DNA of 64,000 bases from a virus (taxonomy: Duplodnaviria > Heunggongvirae > Uroviricota > Caudoviricetes): positions 1 through 64,000 of IMG/VR virus record IMGVR_UViG_3300010367_000056, one strand, 5' to 3'. The notes below the pieces were generated by a model. That model was not told the origin of the DNA. It ran no database searches and was given only the letters and a program-made list of their open reading frames with translations. Below are positions 9,544 to 20,200 of the stretch, piece after piece; position 1 is the stretch's first letter; each line of letters opens with the position of its first letter. A program made the position numbers and the translations under genes.

Positions 9544-10569
9544 CTAAAGTAATTTCTTGATCTTTAAATAGTTTTTCATAGTATCGAGATCTTTTTCTTT
9601 CACGAGATCTGACCAATCTTTAATACCTTCTCTTCTAAAAACTTTAGGTACATTGACATAGTTGAACCCATAATTTTTAGTATAGTAGGTGCTGGCCTCT
9701 ATTCCAGCATCATCGTTATCATATGCAATGAAGACATTTTTTCTTTCATATCCTTTTGTTATCCATTGCATATTTTCATCATTAATGCTGGCACTGCTTT
9801 CATTTTGAGTACTACATACATCTGGAAAGAATTTTGACATTATTATTTCATCTTTTACTGATTTAGTGATAATTAATTTATCACTCTGCTTACCAGTAAA
9901 GATTTTGTGTTTAATCTCATCAAATCCAGATATGTGATCATTAGGACATGAAGATATCCATTTGTACTTTTTACTATGTGGAGAATATATTTTAAGATGC
10001 TGATCAAATTGATAAGCAAATCTTAATTCTTTTTCATAATTTGGAAGCAGTTGTTTATTGATATATAATTTATCAATACTATATATTAATTTTCTTTCTA
10101 ATTCCTCTTTATAAATTTCATATTCTTTCCACCATTTTAGTTCTTCAAAGGTAAAATCTCTAGGGATAATTTGGATAAGCTTGGCTTGCTTGTGGATAGA
10201 GTCTGGTCTTTTAGTAACCTGGATTTTAAAAACGGGGTTCGCGTCTTGGAGACCAAGACCAAAATCTTCATCAATCTTCTCTAAGACTTGATAAAAATTT
10301 AAACCAAATATATGACCAACGAACTTGAAACAATCACCTCCTTTACCAGATGCAAAATCCTTAAATAGAATTTCATCATTATCTCCAATAAAGAAGCAAA
10401 GATTAGGAGTATTGTCAAAGCCCTTATCTCTAAATGGAGATGGATACTTCTTCTTATAATCAAAGTCTTGTCCTAAGTAATGTCTTATTATATTGTAGTC
10501 ATCAACTTTACTGAGAATCAATTCTTTATTTAATTTACCCTCTTTCCTGACTGTTTTCCCATTAATCAT
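9544..10569 (-). CDS. DnaG-like DNA primase (degenerate zinc-binding region plus Toprim)
   Basis: SPFRDKGFDNTPNLCFF...FKDFASGKGGDCFKFVGHIFG resembles the DnaG zinc-ribbon region CPFH..TPSF...CFGCG. The Toprim-like YDNDDAG is present. Replication-module context. Confidence 0.5.
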   Translation of the reverse strand: MINGKTVRKEGKLNKELILSKVDDYNIIRHYLGQDFDYKKKYPSPFRDKGFDNTPNLCFFIGDNDEILFKDFASGKGGDCFKFVGHIFGLNFYQVLEKIDEDFGLGLQDANPVFKIQVTKRPDSIHKQAKLIQIIPRDFTFEELKWWKEYEIYKEELERKLIYSIDKLYINKQLLPNYEKELRFAYQFDQHLKIYSPHSKKYKWISSCPNDHISGFDEIKHKIFTGKQSDKLIITKSVKDEIIMSKFFPDVCSTQNESSASINDENMQWITKGYERKNVFIAYDNDDAGIEASTYYTKNYGFNYVNVPKVFRREGIKDWSDLVKEKDLDTMKNYLKIKKLL

Positions 10570-10796
10570 ATCTCACTTGGATTTGTATCATGCAGTGTCC
10601 AATCATTATTCAAATTACTCTTGATGTATTCGAGTCCAAGATCTGACATAATGATCTCTTGCTCACCATGAGTTTTCTGAACATAATAGTTTCCTTCTTT
10701 GTAATATATTAGTTTATATATACTTCCATTCTTAGTTTTAAGAAACTTTCCATCAAATACTGCACAAATTTTAATAGGCTTAATTGTAAACTTCAT
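10566..10796 (-). CDS. hypothetical small protein (MKFTIKPIK N-terminus)
   Basis: ORF overlapping its neighbour by 4 nt. Confidence 0.4.
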   Translation of the reverse strand: MKFTIKPIKICAVFDGKFLKTKNGSIYKLIYYKEGNYYVQKTHGEQEIIMSDLGLEYIKSNLNNDWTLHDTNPSEI

Positions 10797-10805
10797 ACTT
10801 AAAGT

Positions 10806-10842
10806 TTTATATAATAAAGAACCCCAGGTAGAAACCCAGGGT
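10806..10842 (-). terminator. intrinsic terminator downstream of the SSB gene (minus strand)
   Basis: Minus-sense RNA folds ACCCUGGG-uuucua-CCUGGGGU (8 bp including 2 G-U pairs), followed by a U-rich tract. Same design as the hairpin at 2312-2347. Confidence 0.5.
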
Positions 10843-10879
10843 CTTATTATAAAATCTTCATAGATATTGGTATTTATTC

Positions 10880-11791
10880 TTAGAATGGCAAATCATCTAC
10901 CACTGTATCCACAGTTATATTATTCTGTATCTGAGTTTGTGGTTTGATTACTGCTGAATTTGTAGAGTTAACTACATTATTCTGAGGATCATATTCCTTC
11001 ATAGGTTTCAACTCATAGTAATCTTTACATCCATATTCAGTATCCTGAACTTTCTGAATGAACCTGTCTACTGCTCTATAATTCTTTTTAGCTCCGGTAA
11101 AACAATCCAAAGCATATGAAGGTAAAAACTCATAAGAGTATACACTCTGATATTCTTTACCATCATCAGCAGTTCTAATGGTTGCCATGCAGCAAATAGT
11201 TTTATCACTATTACTATCTATCACATCTTGAAGCTCTTTTACTTTACCATTCATTAATGACTTCCAATCATCAAGTACTAGTTCAGTAGAAGCATCTTCA
11301 AAGTTCCAACTACTAGCAACCCAATTTCTTAAGAATTTATAGAGCAATTCTTCACCTTTCTTGGCTTTACGAATCTTCCTGCCATTCTCTGTTAAAAACT
11401 CTGGAAGTTGACTTGCATCTTCTGAATAAGAAGTAGCACCTATGGTATTAATAAATTGATATTTACCAGTTTTGCTCTGAATTACAGTATCTTCCAGATT
11501 AAATCTTACATTAAACAGATTACCAGTATTTTCTTCTTTCAACCAAAAAGATATTGTTACCTTTTTAGCTCCAGTATCACTAGAAACTCCAGTATATTCC
11601 AAATCTTTTTCAATATCATTTCCAAGTAATTTTGAAAGTTGTTCTTTTGTAGGATTAACAGCAACTACATTTGCATTAAATACACCAACATACTTTGTGT
11701 AAGCTTTAATTTCTTTTTCTTTACCTTTAAAGGCCATAATTTCAAGTTTAGTATTATAAATTCGATTTGACTTGTTATTTGTAGTCATCAA
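10880..11791 (-). CDS. single-stranded DNA-binding protein (candidate)
   Basis: The C-terminus ends in an acidic DDLPF tail resembling the SSB-Ct D-I/L-P-F motif. It has a terminator downstream and sits in the replication module. Confidence 0.45.
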   Translation of the reverse strand: MMTTNNKSNRIYNTKLEIMAFKGKEKEIKAYTKYVGVFNANVVAVNPTKEQLSKLLGNDIEKDLEYTGVSSDTGAKKVTISFWLKEENTGNLFNVRFNLEDTVIQSKTGKYQFINTIGATSYSEDASQLPEFLTENGRKIRKAKKGEELLYKFLRNWVASSWNFEDASTELVLDDWKSLMNGKVKELQDVIDSNSDKTICCMATIRTADDGKEYQSVYSYEFLPSYALDCFTGAKKNYRAVDRFIQKVQDTEYGCKDYYELKPMKEYDPQNNVVNSTNSAVIKPQTQIQNNITVDTVVDDLPF

Positions 11792-11820
11792 ATTTACAAC
11801 TTTAGACTTGAATGATGAAA

Positions 11821-12672
11821 TTATTCTTCAACAAAGATTTTCTCCCACTCAAAAACACCTTCATAAGATCCGACTTCTCCTCTATTACCACCTGTCTTAT
11901 CCTCATTACCCTTGAATGAAATCTTTAATTCTTCCTCGTCTTTGTATACAGAGCCTATTGCACTTACATTCCTAGCATAAATATCAGCTACTGCGCCTGT
12001 AAGAGCTATGTCTTTCACAAAAACTTCTCCTTTGTCTCCTTTAGATAACATTTTATCTTTTATGTGACATACATAAATGAAACATTTGTTAGCACATTGA
12101 CGACTAAGATTAAGAAGATCAACCATTACAGTTCTTGACCATCTCCAACCATTCTGACCTATTTCAATAACTGATTGATATTCAGTATCTCCATATTTCA
12201 GTCTTGGCCATTGAGTTGATGGTTTACCTTGTAGTGGTTGACGATTAAAAGATTTACCTTGAAGACTTTCCATATATAGTTCAGTACCAGCCCACTCAGC
12301 ATCCATATCTGCTTGAGTAATAGTATCTAAACTAACAAAGTCATAAGGTTTTCCAAGTTTAATGAGTGCATTGAGAATCCTAGTTAATGCTTTATGGCGT
12401 TCTGAAGGATCTAATATATCAGCTATATCTAAGACTTTAGTCTTTACATCCAGAGTTAATAACTCGGTAATGTCTTTAACAGAAGCTGATAAGATTCCAG
12501 AACAATCAATTACATCAACACCATCAAGAAAATCACAACCATTTTTCTCCATACTGATAATAAGATTATTCTTCAGTTTGGTTAGCATTGTTGATTTTCC
12601 TACTTTAGGTTTCCCTGAATAAAGCAAAGTGTCAGGATTACGTCTTCTCTTTTTTACTTGGAATGTACTCAT
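11821..12672 (-). CDS. RecA-fold ATPase, Sak4-like (AAA_24)
   Basis: Walker A LLYSGKPKVGKST. About 280 aa. Replication/recombination context. Confidence 0.45.
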   Translation of the reverse strand: MSTFQVKKRRRNPDTLLYSGKPKVGKSTMLTKLKNNLIISMEKNGCDFLDGVDVIDCSGILSASVKDITELLTLDVKTKVLDIADILDPSERHKALTRILNALIKLGKPYDFVSLDTITQADMDAEWAGTELYMESLQGKSFNRQPLQGKPSTQWPRLKYGDTEYQSVIEIGQNGWRWSRTVMVDLLNLSRQCANKCFIYVCHIKDKMLSKGDKGEVFVKDIALTGAVADIYARNVSAIGSVYKDEEELKISFKGNEDKTGGNRGEVGSYEGVFEWEKIFVEE

Positions 12673-12719
12673 TTATATATTCGATTTGGTTATACAATAC
12701 AATATTGGATTTAAGATTA

Positions 12720-13127
12720 TTACAAGTATTTTTCTACCCAATTAGCGATTGTCTTAAAACCAGCTTTTCTTCTTGTAGTATCATTAAGATAAACAAGATA
12801 ATCAACTACTTTATTATCATGGCTACTTACAAGTACTTTGGGTACTTTTTGCTTAACTCCATGACTAATATTTAATACAGCATGATTACCTAATTTGTTA
12901 GTATCGCATCCTAATACTACACCAGCAACTCCTAAACAACAATACCCTACTTTAGTTTCTCCACTAACCTTTTCTTCAATTTTACACAATTGTCCAGTTG
13001 TTCTAGCATAATCACCTGATCTTAAAGCTTCTAGCCATTTTCTTTTAAAAGCTTTGGGTAGTTTACGATCTTTTGCTGGAAGAGTTTTTAAATACTCTCT
13101 TGCCTGCTTACTTGTATACTCACTCAT
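12720..13127 (-). CDS. hypothetical protein
   Basis: ORF in the operon. Confidence 0.45.
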   Translation of the reverse strand: MSEYTSKQAREYLKTLPAKDRKLPKAFKRKWLEALRSGDYARTTGQLCKIEEKVSGETKVGYCCLGVAGVVLGCDTNKLGNHAVLNISHGVKQKVPKVLVSSHDNKVVDYLVYLNDTTRRKAGFKTIANWVEKYL

Positions 13128-13133
13128 AGATTA

Positions 13134-13517
13134 TTAATCTTCTTTTTCATTAACATAAGTTACTAAGAGATCATCTCCCATTTCTTTTTGAACTTCCTCA
13201 GCTACATCTTCAGGAAGATCTTTCATAGCTACAATTCTTGTTTCAACACCATTAAATGCTGTATTTAAGAATAATTGTAACTCTTCATCAGTTCCTTCTT
13301 TCATGTACTGTCTCATCACATTAACATCAGTAGCATATTTCTTAATATCTTCCTGAGCTTGAACAAGCTTAGTTAAAGATAATATTGCCATCCCAACAAC
13401 CTTAGCTAATTCTTCATTCTTAGATGTGAATTCATACTGAGATTTTGGCATTGACAAACAATACAAATCTACTGTACCTTCTTGTTTATTAGACATATTT
13501 GATTTTTGATTGGTCAA
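13134..13517 (-). CDS. hypothetical acidic protein
   Basis: ORF in the operon. Confidence 0.45.
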   Translation of the reverse strand: MTNQKSNMSNKQEGTVDLYCLSMPKSQYEFTSKNEELAKVVGMAILSLTKLVQAQEDIKKYATDVNVMRQYMKEGTDEELQLFLNTAFNGVETRIVAMKDLPEDVAEEVQKEMGDDLLVTYVNEKED

Positions 13518-14568
13518 AAAATTCTAATGACTTCTTAAGCCATTTAAGTTCTACTTCCTCGGTAGATGAGATAATATAAATATTACTAATCTTACCAGGA
13601 GCATCTAATATCAAAGATCTACATATACGCTGTGTCAGGTTTTCAGAATTACTATCAAAAGCATTGATAACAATATTGCTAAGATTTTTGAAGGATACAC
13701 CAGTATTACCAATTTTACATACAGCAAAATGATTAGAACTACTATTACTGGATATAAACTTTTCAAATTCTTCTTGGTCATAACTTTTACTTGTATGAAT
13801 TTTACAACCTAATTGATTAGCTATCTTGTTATTAGCACAGAAAACAAGAATTCTTTCATTCTTCAGGCTCTTTAATAAATCTTTTGTCAACTGAAGTTTG
13901 GCTAGAGAATTATGAATAATTCTCATTCTTGCTAGATTTAAAAACAATGAATGTCCTTTTACTTTAATTATATAAGACAATGCATTAAATTTCTGCTTTT
14001 CTGTCTTCTTTTTCTTTGGATCTACAATTGCTTTATTATCTAAATCTGTAGTTAATACAGTAATTCTATAATCAGATATAATTCCATCTTGTATAGCTTC
14101 TTCAAGACTATATTCTAATCTTACTCTTAACTCAAGATCTCTTTCTAATTCAAATTCTGTATTTGAAGACAGTGTTCCGCTCAATCCTAATATATAACTA
14201 TTTGGATTTGATTCCATCAGTTTTTTGAAATTACTCTTTTGATTTAAAGATAAAAGATGAATTTCATCACAAACAATTATATCATATTGATTTTGAACTT
14301 CTTTTTTTAAAGAGATATGAGTTACATAAGTAACATTCGGATTATTATATCCTACGGCCTTAAAGTCGGACTCCCAACTTTGTTGAATATTTTTGTCTGG
14401 ATAACATATTAGAACTCTAGGTCTATAACCAATCAATCTTTGTAATTTACAAAAGATCCTTATTGTTGTTCTTGTTTTTCCAGATCTTGGACATAGATGT
14501 AGAATTCCATTTCCATGATTCATAAATTCAGAAGCCCATTTTTCTTGAAGTTGATCTCTAAAATTCAT
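13489..14568 (-). CDS. SF2 DNA helicase (DEAH-type)
   Basis: Motif I LCPRSGKT, motif II VCDEIH, motif III-like SGTLS. Confidence 0.7.
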   Translation of the reverse strand: MNFRDQLQEKWASEFMNHGNGILHLCPRSGKTRTTIRIFCKLQRLIGYRPRVLICYPDKNIQQSWESDFKAVGYNNPNVTYVTHISLKKEVQNQYDIIVCDEIHLLSLNQKSNFKKLMESNPNSYILGLSGTLSSNTEFELERDLELRVRLEYSLEEAIQDGIISDYRITVLTTDLDNKAIVDPKKKKTEKQKFNALSYIIKVKGHSLFLNLARMRIIHNSLAKLQLTKDLLKSLKNERILVFCANNKIANQLGCKIHTSKSYDQEEFEKFISSNSSSNHFAVCKIGNTGVSFKNLSNIVINAFDSNSENLTQRICRSLILDAPGKISNIYIISSTEEVELKWLKKSLEFFDQSKIKYV

Positions 14569-14590
14569 AGTACAAATATACTAATTTTAG

Positions 14591-16102
14591 TTATAAACTC
14601 CAAGTATCTAGGAAGAAATCATTGGTAATCACTGCATTAATCTCTTTTTGAGAAATGTCTTTTGATTTGGTTAATTCTTTAAATAAGGAAACTTCACCCA
14701 AAAATCCTAGACCTATTCTTACATTATCAGTGCCATATGAATTCTTTAAGATCTTTAAACCTCTAAATTTATTACTACCTGTAATAGAGTCTGTAAATTC
14801 CTCAACTTTATAATCCATATAATCTTCTAAATTATACTTATAAGGATTAAATAAGGAAATTGCTACATCACAATCCTCAATTACATTACCAGAATCTTTC
14901 CAATATTCTACAGTCGGATCAGGATCAGATCCATCTTTTTTAGCAAACTGAACATCTTGATAAGAAGTTCTATTAAACTGACTAATTACGATAGGTGAAT
15001 AACCTAAATAATCTCTGGCCCATGAACAATATTCTGACATTTTATCAACAGTGAGTTTTTTATCATATTTACCACCTATACTTTCTAACTTCACTTTACC
15101 TATATGATCTATAACTACATTAGAGATAAGATTATCATTATCAGGAATATATCTAGTTTCCCATTGATTTACTTCTTCTTCATGTCCTTTTTTAAGAGCA
15201 TGAGAATACATATACTTATAACAACCAGTAGGATTCTGAGTACCATCTATTATCTTAATTATTCCACTTTCCATCATCTCCTTGAAATAGTTATCAATAT
15301 AGAATTTTGCTATTTCTTGTTCTCTTTTACCAAGCTTTGTTTGCCATGATAAAAGTTGGTCAGTAGTTAGTAGAATATTCTCTTCTTTCCAGATCTTCAT
15401 ACAAAGCCATTTTGCAAGCTTATAAGTTTTACTTCTCTCCATAGAGAAGTAAATAACTTCAAACTTAACAGTAGACTTATGTTGATTTCTTACATACCAG
15501 TCATAGGGATTTAGAACATAAGCACAATCAACAAGAGAAGTTTTACCACAACCAGCAGCAGCTCCAATAGTTGTATATATCTTTTTTCTGAGACCAAGAT
15601 ATTTATTCAACCTATTAAAACCCATAGGAATACCACTATTTTTACCACTAATTCCATTACAGATTTCATCCCATAATAAATCAGTATCAGACTTTATGGA
15701 TTGACTGGAGATAATGGTCGGGGATTGGCTTTCCAAATCCACTTTCCTTTGCTCTGATCGTAATTTATCTTTATTGTCTCCACTAGTTCTCTGGCTGTTT
15801 CTGCTTCTGGATCTAGGATTTCTATTGTGCTCACTAACAAGGATTTCTTCTTCTTCAACTTCTTCAATTTGTCCATTATATCCATCTTCTGGTTGTTCAG
15901 GTAAAGGTAATTCTTCAATCTCCTCTCCAGAGAGTCTATTTCCCTGTGAAGATTCAAAAGAGCTGCTCTGTATTCCGTTGCTACTCTCAATCTTCTCTGT
16001 TTGTCCATGATCTCCCTGTGTTCCTTCAAAGTTGGCCCTATCCTGTTGATCTTGAACTTTATCTCGTTCATGTTCCTGAAATTTAGATCTTTTACCTATC
16101 AT
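14591..16102 (-). CDS. DnaB-family replicative helicase with an N-terminal acidic/Ser-rich extension
   Basis: RecA-like core with Walker A GAAAGCGKTS and a DnaB-like arrangement. The N-terminal 150 aa are low complexity. Confidence 0.65.
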   Translation of the reverse strand: MIGKRSKFQEHERDKVQDQQDRANFEGTQGDHGQTEKIESSNGIQSSSFESSQGNRLSGEEIEELPLPEQPEDGYNGQIEEVEEEEILVSEHNRNPRSRSRNSQRTSGDNKDKLRSEQRKVDLESQSPTIISSQSIKSDTDLLWDEICNGISGKNSGIPMGFNRLNKYLGLRKKIYTTIGAAAGCGKTSLVDCAYVLNPYDWYVRNQHKSTVKFEVIYFSMERSKTYKLAKWLCMKIWKEENILLTTDQLLSWQTKLGKREQEIAKFYIDNYFKEMMESGIIKIIDGTQNPTGCYKYMYSHALKKGHEEEVNQWETRYIPDNDNLISNVVIDHIGKVKLESIGGKYDKKLTVDKMSEYCSWARDYLGYSPIVISQFNRTSYQDVQFAKKDGSDPDPTVEYWKDSGNVIEDCDVAISLFNPYKYNLEDYMDYKVEEFTDSITGSNKFRGLKILKNSYGTDNVRIGLGFLGEVSLFKELTKSKDISQKEINAVITNDFFLDTWSL

Positions 16103-16158
16103 ATTTAGTTATTTAAGCTTACTGTTATTTGTAGCTGTCAATAACTAACCATAATAGA

Positions 16159-16887
16159 TTAAATATCATGTACATGTCTCTTCTTACTTCTGATTTTCTC
16201 TTCTCCCTTAATAAAATCAGGATTTTCTTTATGCATCTCTAAATAAGGACGATAAGTTTCTTGATTAAGATAAGCTTCCATTCCTTTAAAGAAATCCATT
16301 TGATTGGTGTTTTTCTTTACACTATCAAGTTTCTTGAGTTTTATCTCATAAAGTAAAGCTGACATTAAATCTTCATGCTTAAATCCTTGATTTAGAAGCT
16401 TCAAATATCTTTTCTTAGCTTCAGGTTTCCTTAGATTTTTAGGATTTCTGCTACCTAAGAATGCTATTCCATCATCAGATGTCCAAGCAGTGGATTTTGG
16501 ATAAGTCTTCCACCATTCTTCAAACATATCTTCTTCTGTCTTACCAAGATCTATCATAATTCCTCTTGCACTCATATTTTCAGATATTTGTACTGGCGGA
16601 TTAAGTAAATCTTCAATAAGATTTTTTCCTTTTACAGATATTACCAATTTAGAAGCATCTTCTGGATCTTCAACAATATATTCTAGCTTTTTCAGATTCT
16701 GGAGACTAATAGATAGATTTAAATCTTTAAGGCTTGGTATGGTGTAGACATTTAAAAATTCTCTATCATTCTCATAGTAGAAGCATTCAAGGATAAATAG
16801 ACTATTGAAGTCTAAATTATTCTCTCGTAGTTTCTGTATGAGAGTCTTGCTTTTCTGAATAAACTTCGATTCTTGTTTCTCTTCCAT
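16159..16887 (-). CDS. hypothetical protein
   Basis: ORF in the operon. Confidence 0.45.
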   Translation of the reverse strand: MEEKQESKFIQKSKTLIQKLRENNLDFNSLFILECFYYENDREFLNVYTIPSLKDLNLSISLQNLKKLEYIVEDPEDASKLVISVKGKNLIEDLLNPPVQISENMSARGIMIDLGKTEEDMFEEWWKTYPKSTAWTSDDGIAFLGSRNPKNLRKPEAKKRYLKLLNQGFKHEDLMSALLYEIKLKKLDSVKKNTNQMDFFKGMEAYLNQETYRPYLEMHKENPDFIKGEEKIRSKKRHVHDI

Positions 16888-17062
16888 CTTTCACTTCTAT
16901 TTTTGTGTAATCTGTATTTAAAACTCCCTCACTTACTAACTTGAGATATTCTTCATACTCCTGGTCTTTTTTAAGAGAATCATCTCTCATCCATTCTCTT
17001 TCTATATCTTCATCTCCATGTGGATAATGAACTTTCATGAATTCCTCCTTCATTTTTCCCAT
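16817..17062 (-). CDS. hypothetical small acidic protein
   Basis: ORF overlapping the upstream gene. Confidence 0.35.
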   Translation of the reverse strand: MGKMKEEFMKVHYPHGDEDIEREWMRDDSLKKDQEYEEYLKLVSEGVLNTDYTKIEVKDGRETRIEVYSEKQDSHTETTRE

Positions 17063-17064
17063 AT

Positions 17065-17700
17065 TTAAATTTCCTTTCCATCTTGCTTGAAAATTCTACT
17101 TTCTAATAGGGAACAGATTGTTATAGACTTAGCATATTTCTCTTTATCTCTATATGGATCTATTGTCATAAACTTAACATTAGGATTTCTATCTGAAAAG
17201 TCTTTCAACATATCCAGTTCTTCTTTCTTAATACCAAGTCTCTTACATTTCTCCTCTGTCCAATTCTCTCTGTAATCTTGATCAAATATCTTCATCCAAT
17301 GTTCTTGGTCATGATCTACATCTAATTTATCTAATTGAGGTCTTTTAAATACATCTATTAGATATTTCCATGCACTATTGATCTTACCATTGAAATCAGG
17401 TGAGATAAACATAACAAAATCAGGATCAAATTTTTCAACTGTACTGATATTCGCTATAATATGACATAGATTAAGTAGAACTTTAAGAGTTAAATCTTCT
17501 ATAGAATTAACAAGAACAGTATCCTTAATACTTAATAACTTCTGAGGATCTTTTATTCCATTGCCATACATAATTCTATATGTATAAACAGCTTCTCTTT
17601 TAAGTCCTCTTTTATAATGCATTTTTAAGAATATTGTTAAACTATGCTTCTTCTTAACATCATTACCATTCTTGGTCTTCAATTTAATATTGAACAACAT
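17065..17700 (-). CDS. hypothetical protein (MLFNIKLK N-terminus)
   Basis: ORF with N-terminus MLFNIKLKTK. Confidence 0.45.
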   Translation of the reverse strand: MLFNIKLKTKNGNDVKKKHSLTIFLKMHYKRGLKREAVYTYRIMYGNGIKDPQKLLSIKDTVLVNSIEDLTLKVLLNLCHIIANISTVEKFDPDFVMFISPDFNGKINSAWKYLIDVFKRPQLDKLDVDHDQEHWMKIFDQDYRENWTEEKCKRLGIKKEELDMLKDFSDRNPNVKFMTIDPYRDKEKYAKSITICSLLESRIFKQDGKEI

Positions 17701-17962
17701 AATCTCTCAATTTCTCTGGTATTGTAAACTCTGCACCTGGTTCTGTAACAATATATCTTCCTGATAAGATAGTCTTTTGAAGAAAATTTACTGTATAAGG
17801 ATCTGGTATTATATGTAAATTTCCACTTGGTTCATCATAATAACCTATTTTTAGTTGTCCATCAACTATTTTAGAGGTCTTAAAAATAGTTAAACCATAT
17901 TTAAAATACATATTTTCCCTAACAAGAACTTCTTCTTTTATTTTAGTCTTTATCTTGAACAC
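17684..17962 (-). CDS. hypothetical small protein (MFKIKTKIK, probable GTG start)
   Basis: ORF whose first codon at 17960-17962 is GTG. Confidence 0.35.
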   Translation of the reverse strand: MFKIKTKIKEEVLVRENMYFKYGLTIFKTSKIVDGQLKIGYYDEPSGNLHIIPDPYTVNFLQKTILSGRYIVTEPGAEFTIPEKLRDYVVQY

Positions 17963-18242
17963 AGGGATAAGATTTTAATAGTTCAGGTACTCTAAAATGT
18001 TCTTCAATAGGACAAATAAGCATTTCTCCCTTCATAAGCTCATTAATATAAGAAGATATTCTACTGGTAAGAGGATCAGCTACAGCTAATCCATCTTGAT
18101 ATAACCAAACAAAAGTAAATTGATCAGCTTTTAAATCTGTTCTTATAATCTTATACCAATCTTTTGGATCTTCAGCACCAGGAAAATAAAAATAGCAACC
18201 AGACTTTAATCTACAAGCCATTTTTAATTTAAAATTAAACAT
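17943..18242 (-). CDS. hypothetical small protein (MFNFKLK N-terminus)
   Basis: ORF in the operon. Confidence 0.35.
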   Translation of the reverse strand: MFNFKLKMACRLKSGCYFYFPGAEDPKDWYKIIRTDLKADQFTFVWLYQDGLAVADPLTSRISSYINELMKGEMLICPIEEHFRVPELLKSYPCVQDKD

Positions 18243-18252
18243 AATTTAAATT

Positions 18253-20184
18253 TTAATGACAATCAGCATAACTATGACCAAAATCCATAGAAATTCCTAA
18301 AGGTACATTCAGTTTAATCTGCTCATTTACAGATTTAATGGAGTCTTCAAGTTTATTAATAATTTTCTTTCTTTCTTGAGCATTATTAATAATTCTAAAT
18401 AAGATTTCATCATGCATTTGAAGTGAAACTTTAATTCCTCTCTTTCTCACTTCTCTCACATAATTGTCAAAACACCATACACCAGTTCCCTGATTTAGTG
18501 TAGAGAATCTATCCTTCTCAGCTCTTAAAGAATACCAAAATTTGCTTACTGGATTGTAAAGCCATTTTTGATTTCCCACATTTTTGACTGTACAGCTATC
18601 TGCAACCTTCTTAACACTCTCATTCCTTTTCCAGTAACCATCCAAAAGCTTCTTAGCTTCTTTGGTTGAGATGCCAATTTCTCTCGCAAGTTTTTCTGCA
18701 CCCACACCATATATGGATGAGAAATTGGTAGTTTTAGCCTTATGTCGCTTGGTTTTGATCTCCTCATACTTCTTTTTATCATCTGCTTCTTTATTAAAGT
18801 TTTTATAAAAATCAACTTCCTGTTGTGTTATAAGTCCACTCCTTACTCCAATATCCAAATGTGGATCAAATCCAGGAGTTCTCATTTCTAACACATACTT
18901 GGGATCATAGAAATACATATAATGTTGCTTAGTAGTATCTTCCAAAGAAGACATATCAGAGCCACATAGTATTTCTCCATCATCAGCTATTAAACTACCT
19001 CTAATTTCCTTACCATATAGTTTGTCAATACCTGGAAGATTTACAATATTTACATGTTTTAATCTTAAAGTATTGGTGAGACCACCTAAACTTGGTTCAA
19101 TAAATCCATCTACTTGGTTTTCAAGGAACCCTTCAAGAATAGCTATTCTATGAGAAATTACACTAAGTCCTTCTAAAACTTCTAGTCTAGGTTCTTTTAC
19201 AAACAACTTCTTAACAGAATCACATACAGATCCGTCTTTCTTGTTACTTCCTATCTGAGGAATTTTCCTAACCTTACCATCATCATCTTTCTCATATTTG
19301 AAGTGTTCTGGAACCCATCCCATATCAAATAGCCAAGCTTTCTTTTGATCATTTGAATTTGGATTTGGATCTTTATAACCTTTTATCAATTCAACTTCAT
19401 GTTCAAACTTAGGTTTATAACCTTCTCTGAAATAGTAATCATAAAGTAAATCTCCTTTGGAATAAAATTCTCCTGTATCAAGTACAATTGCATTCTTATA
19501 CTTTTTCTTAATCTTAACAGCAACCTTTGGCATAGCTGATCTTAACACATTTTCTTTATTCTCTTTTTCTCTCTTCAGCTTCTCCAGGTTATCCTTTATA
19601 AAAGGAATGTTAAGCTTAATCTTTACTTCTTCTTGTTCTCTTACACACTCAAGCTTAAATTGTAGATAGTTTATTAATCTATCCATCTCACTTAAGTCAT
19701 TGTCATATAAAGTGTTAAGAAGTGCTTTACATCTCTCCCATAATTCAAGATTAATTTTAGTATCTTCTTCACATCTGTGAATATACTCTTCAACAGTTAA
19801 ATTCTGCCAATCTTTAATTTCTACTTTATGTATCCCAAGATCATATCCCCAATGTTCAAGACCATGTTTAAGCCTGTCAGGAAACAAATACCATGAAAGA
19901 GCAAGAGTATCAATGATTTGATCAAACGAATTATTTGTATCTATGCCAAGAAACTTTTTAATGATTCTTTCATCATATAAAGTAATATTATGACCTATTC
20001 TAAGAATATCTTCTCTTAAAAAGAATTTTCTCATATCATCATAATCAGCTGTACTTTTTACTCTGATATTACCATTATAATCTCTCCAAGCTATACTTAA
20101 ACAGTGAATCTTAGTAGCACTATCAAGAAGTCCATCACACTCAATATCATATACATACTCAGGTTTTCCTAGTCTTATCATCAA
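18253..20184 (-). CDS. family A DNA polymerase with 3'-5' exonuclease domain
   Basis: Exo I YDIECDGL. Pol A motif B RHKAKTTNFSSIYG (R..K..F..YG). Motif C LQMHDEILF. Confidence 0.8.
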   Translation of the reverse strand: MMIRLGKPEYVYDIECDGLLDSATKIHCLSIAWRDYNGNIRVKSTADYDDMRKFFLREDILRIGHNITLYDERIIKKFLGIDTNNSFDQIIDTLALSWYLFPDRLKHGLEHWGYDLGIHKVEIKDWQNLTVEEYIHRCEEDTKINLELWERCKALLNTLYDNDLSEMDRLINYLQFKLECVREQEEVKIKLNIPFIKDNLEKLKREKENKENVLRSAMPKVAVKIKKKYKNAIVLDTGEFYSKGDLLYDYYFREGYKPKFEHEVELIKGYKDPNPNSNDQKKAWLFDMGWVPEHFKYEKDDDGKVRKIPQIGSNKKDGSVCDSVKKLFVKEPRLEVLEGLSVISHRIAILEGFLENQVDGFIEPSLGGLTNTLRLKHVNIVNLPGIDKLYGKEIRGSLIADDGEILCGSDMSSLEDTTKQHYMYFYDPKYVLEMRTPGFDPHLDIGVRSGLITQQEVDFYKNFNKEADDKKKYEEIKTKRHKAKTTNFSSIYGVGAEKLAREIGISTKEAKKLLDGYWKRNESVKKVADSCTVKNVGNQKWLYNPVSKFWYSLRAEKDRFSTLNQGTGVWCFDNYVREVRKRGIKVSLQMHDEILFRIINNAQERKKIINKLEDSIKSVNEQIKLNVPLGISMDFGHSYADCH

Positions 20185-20200
20185 TATTGGATTTAGTTAC

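Noticed and set aside
15694-16071. ORFs 15694..16071 (-) and 15714..16010 (+) within the N-terminus of the DnaB-like helicase
   Set aside because: They are alternative frames through the acidic/Ser-rich low-complexity extension, and the main frame is continuous with the helicase core.
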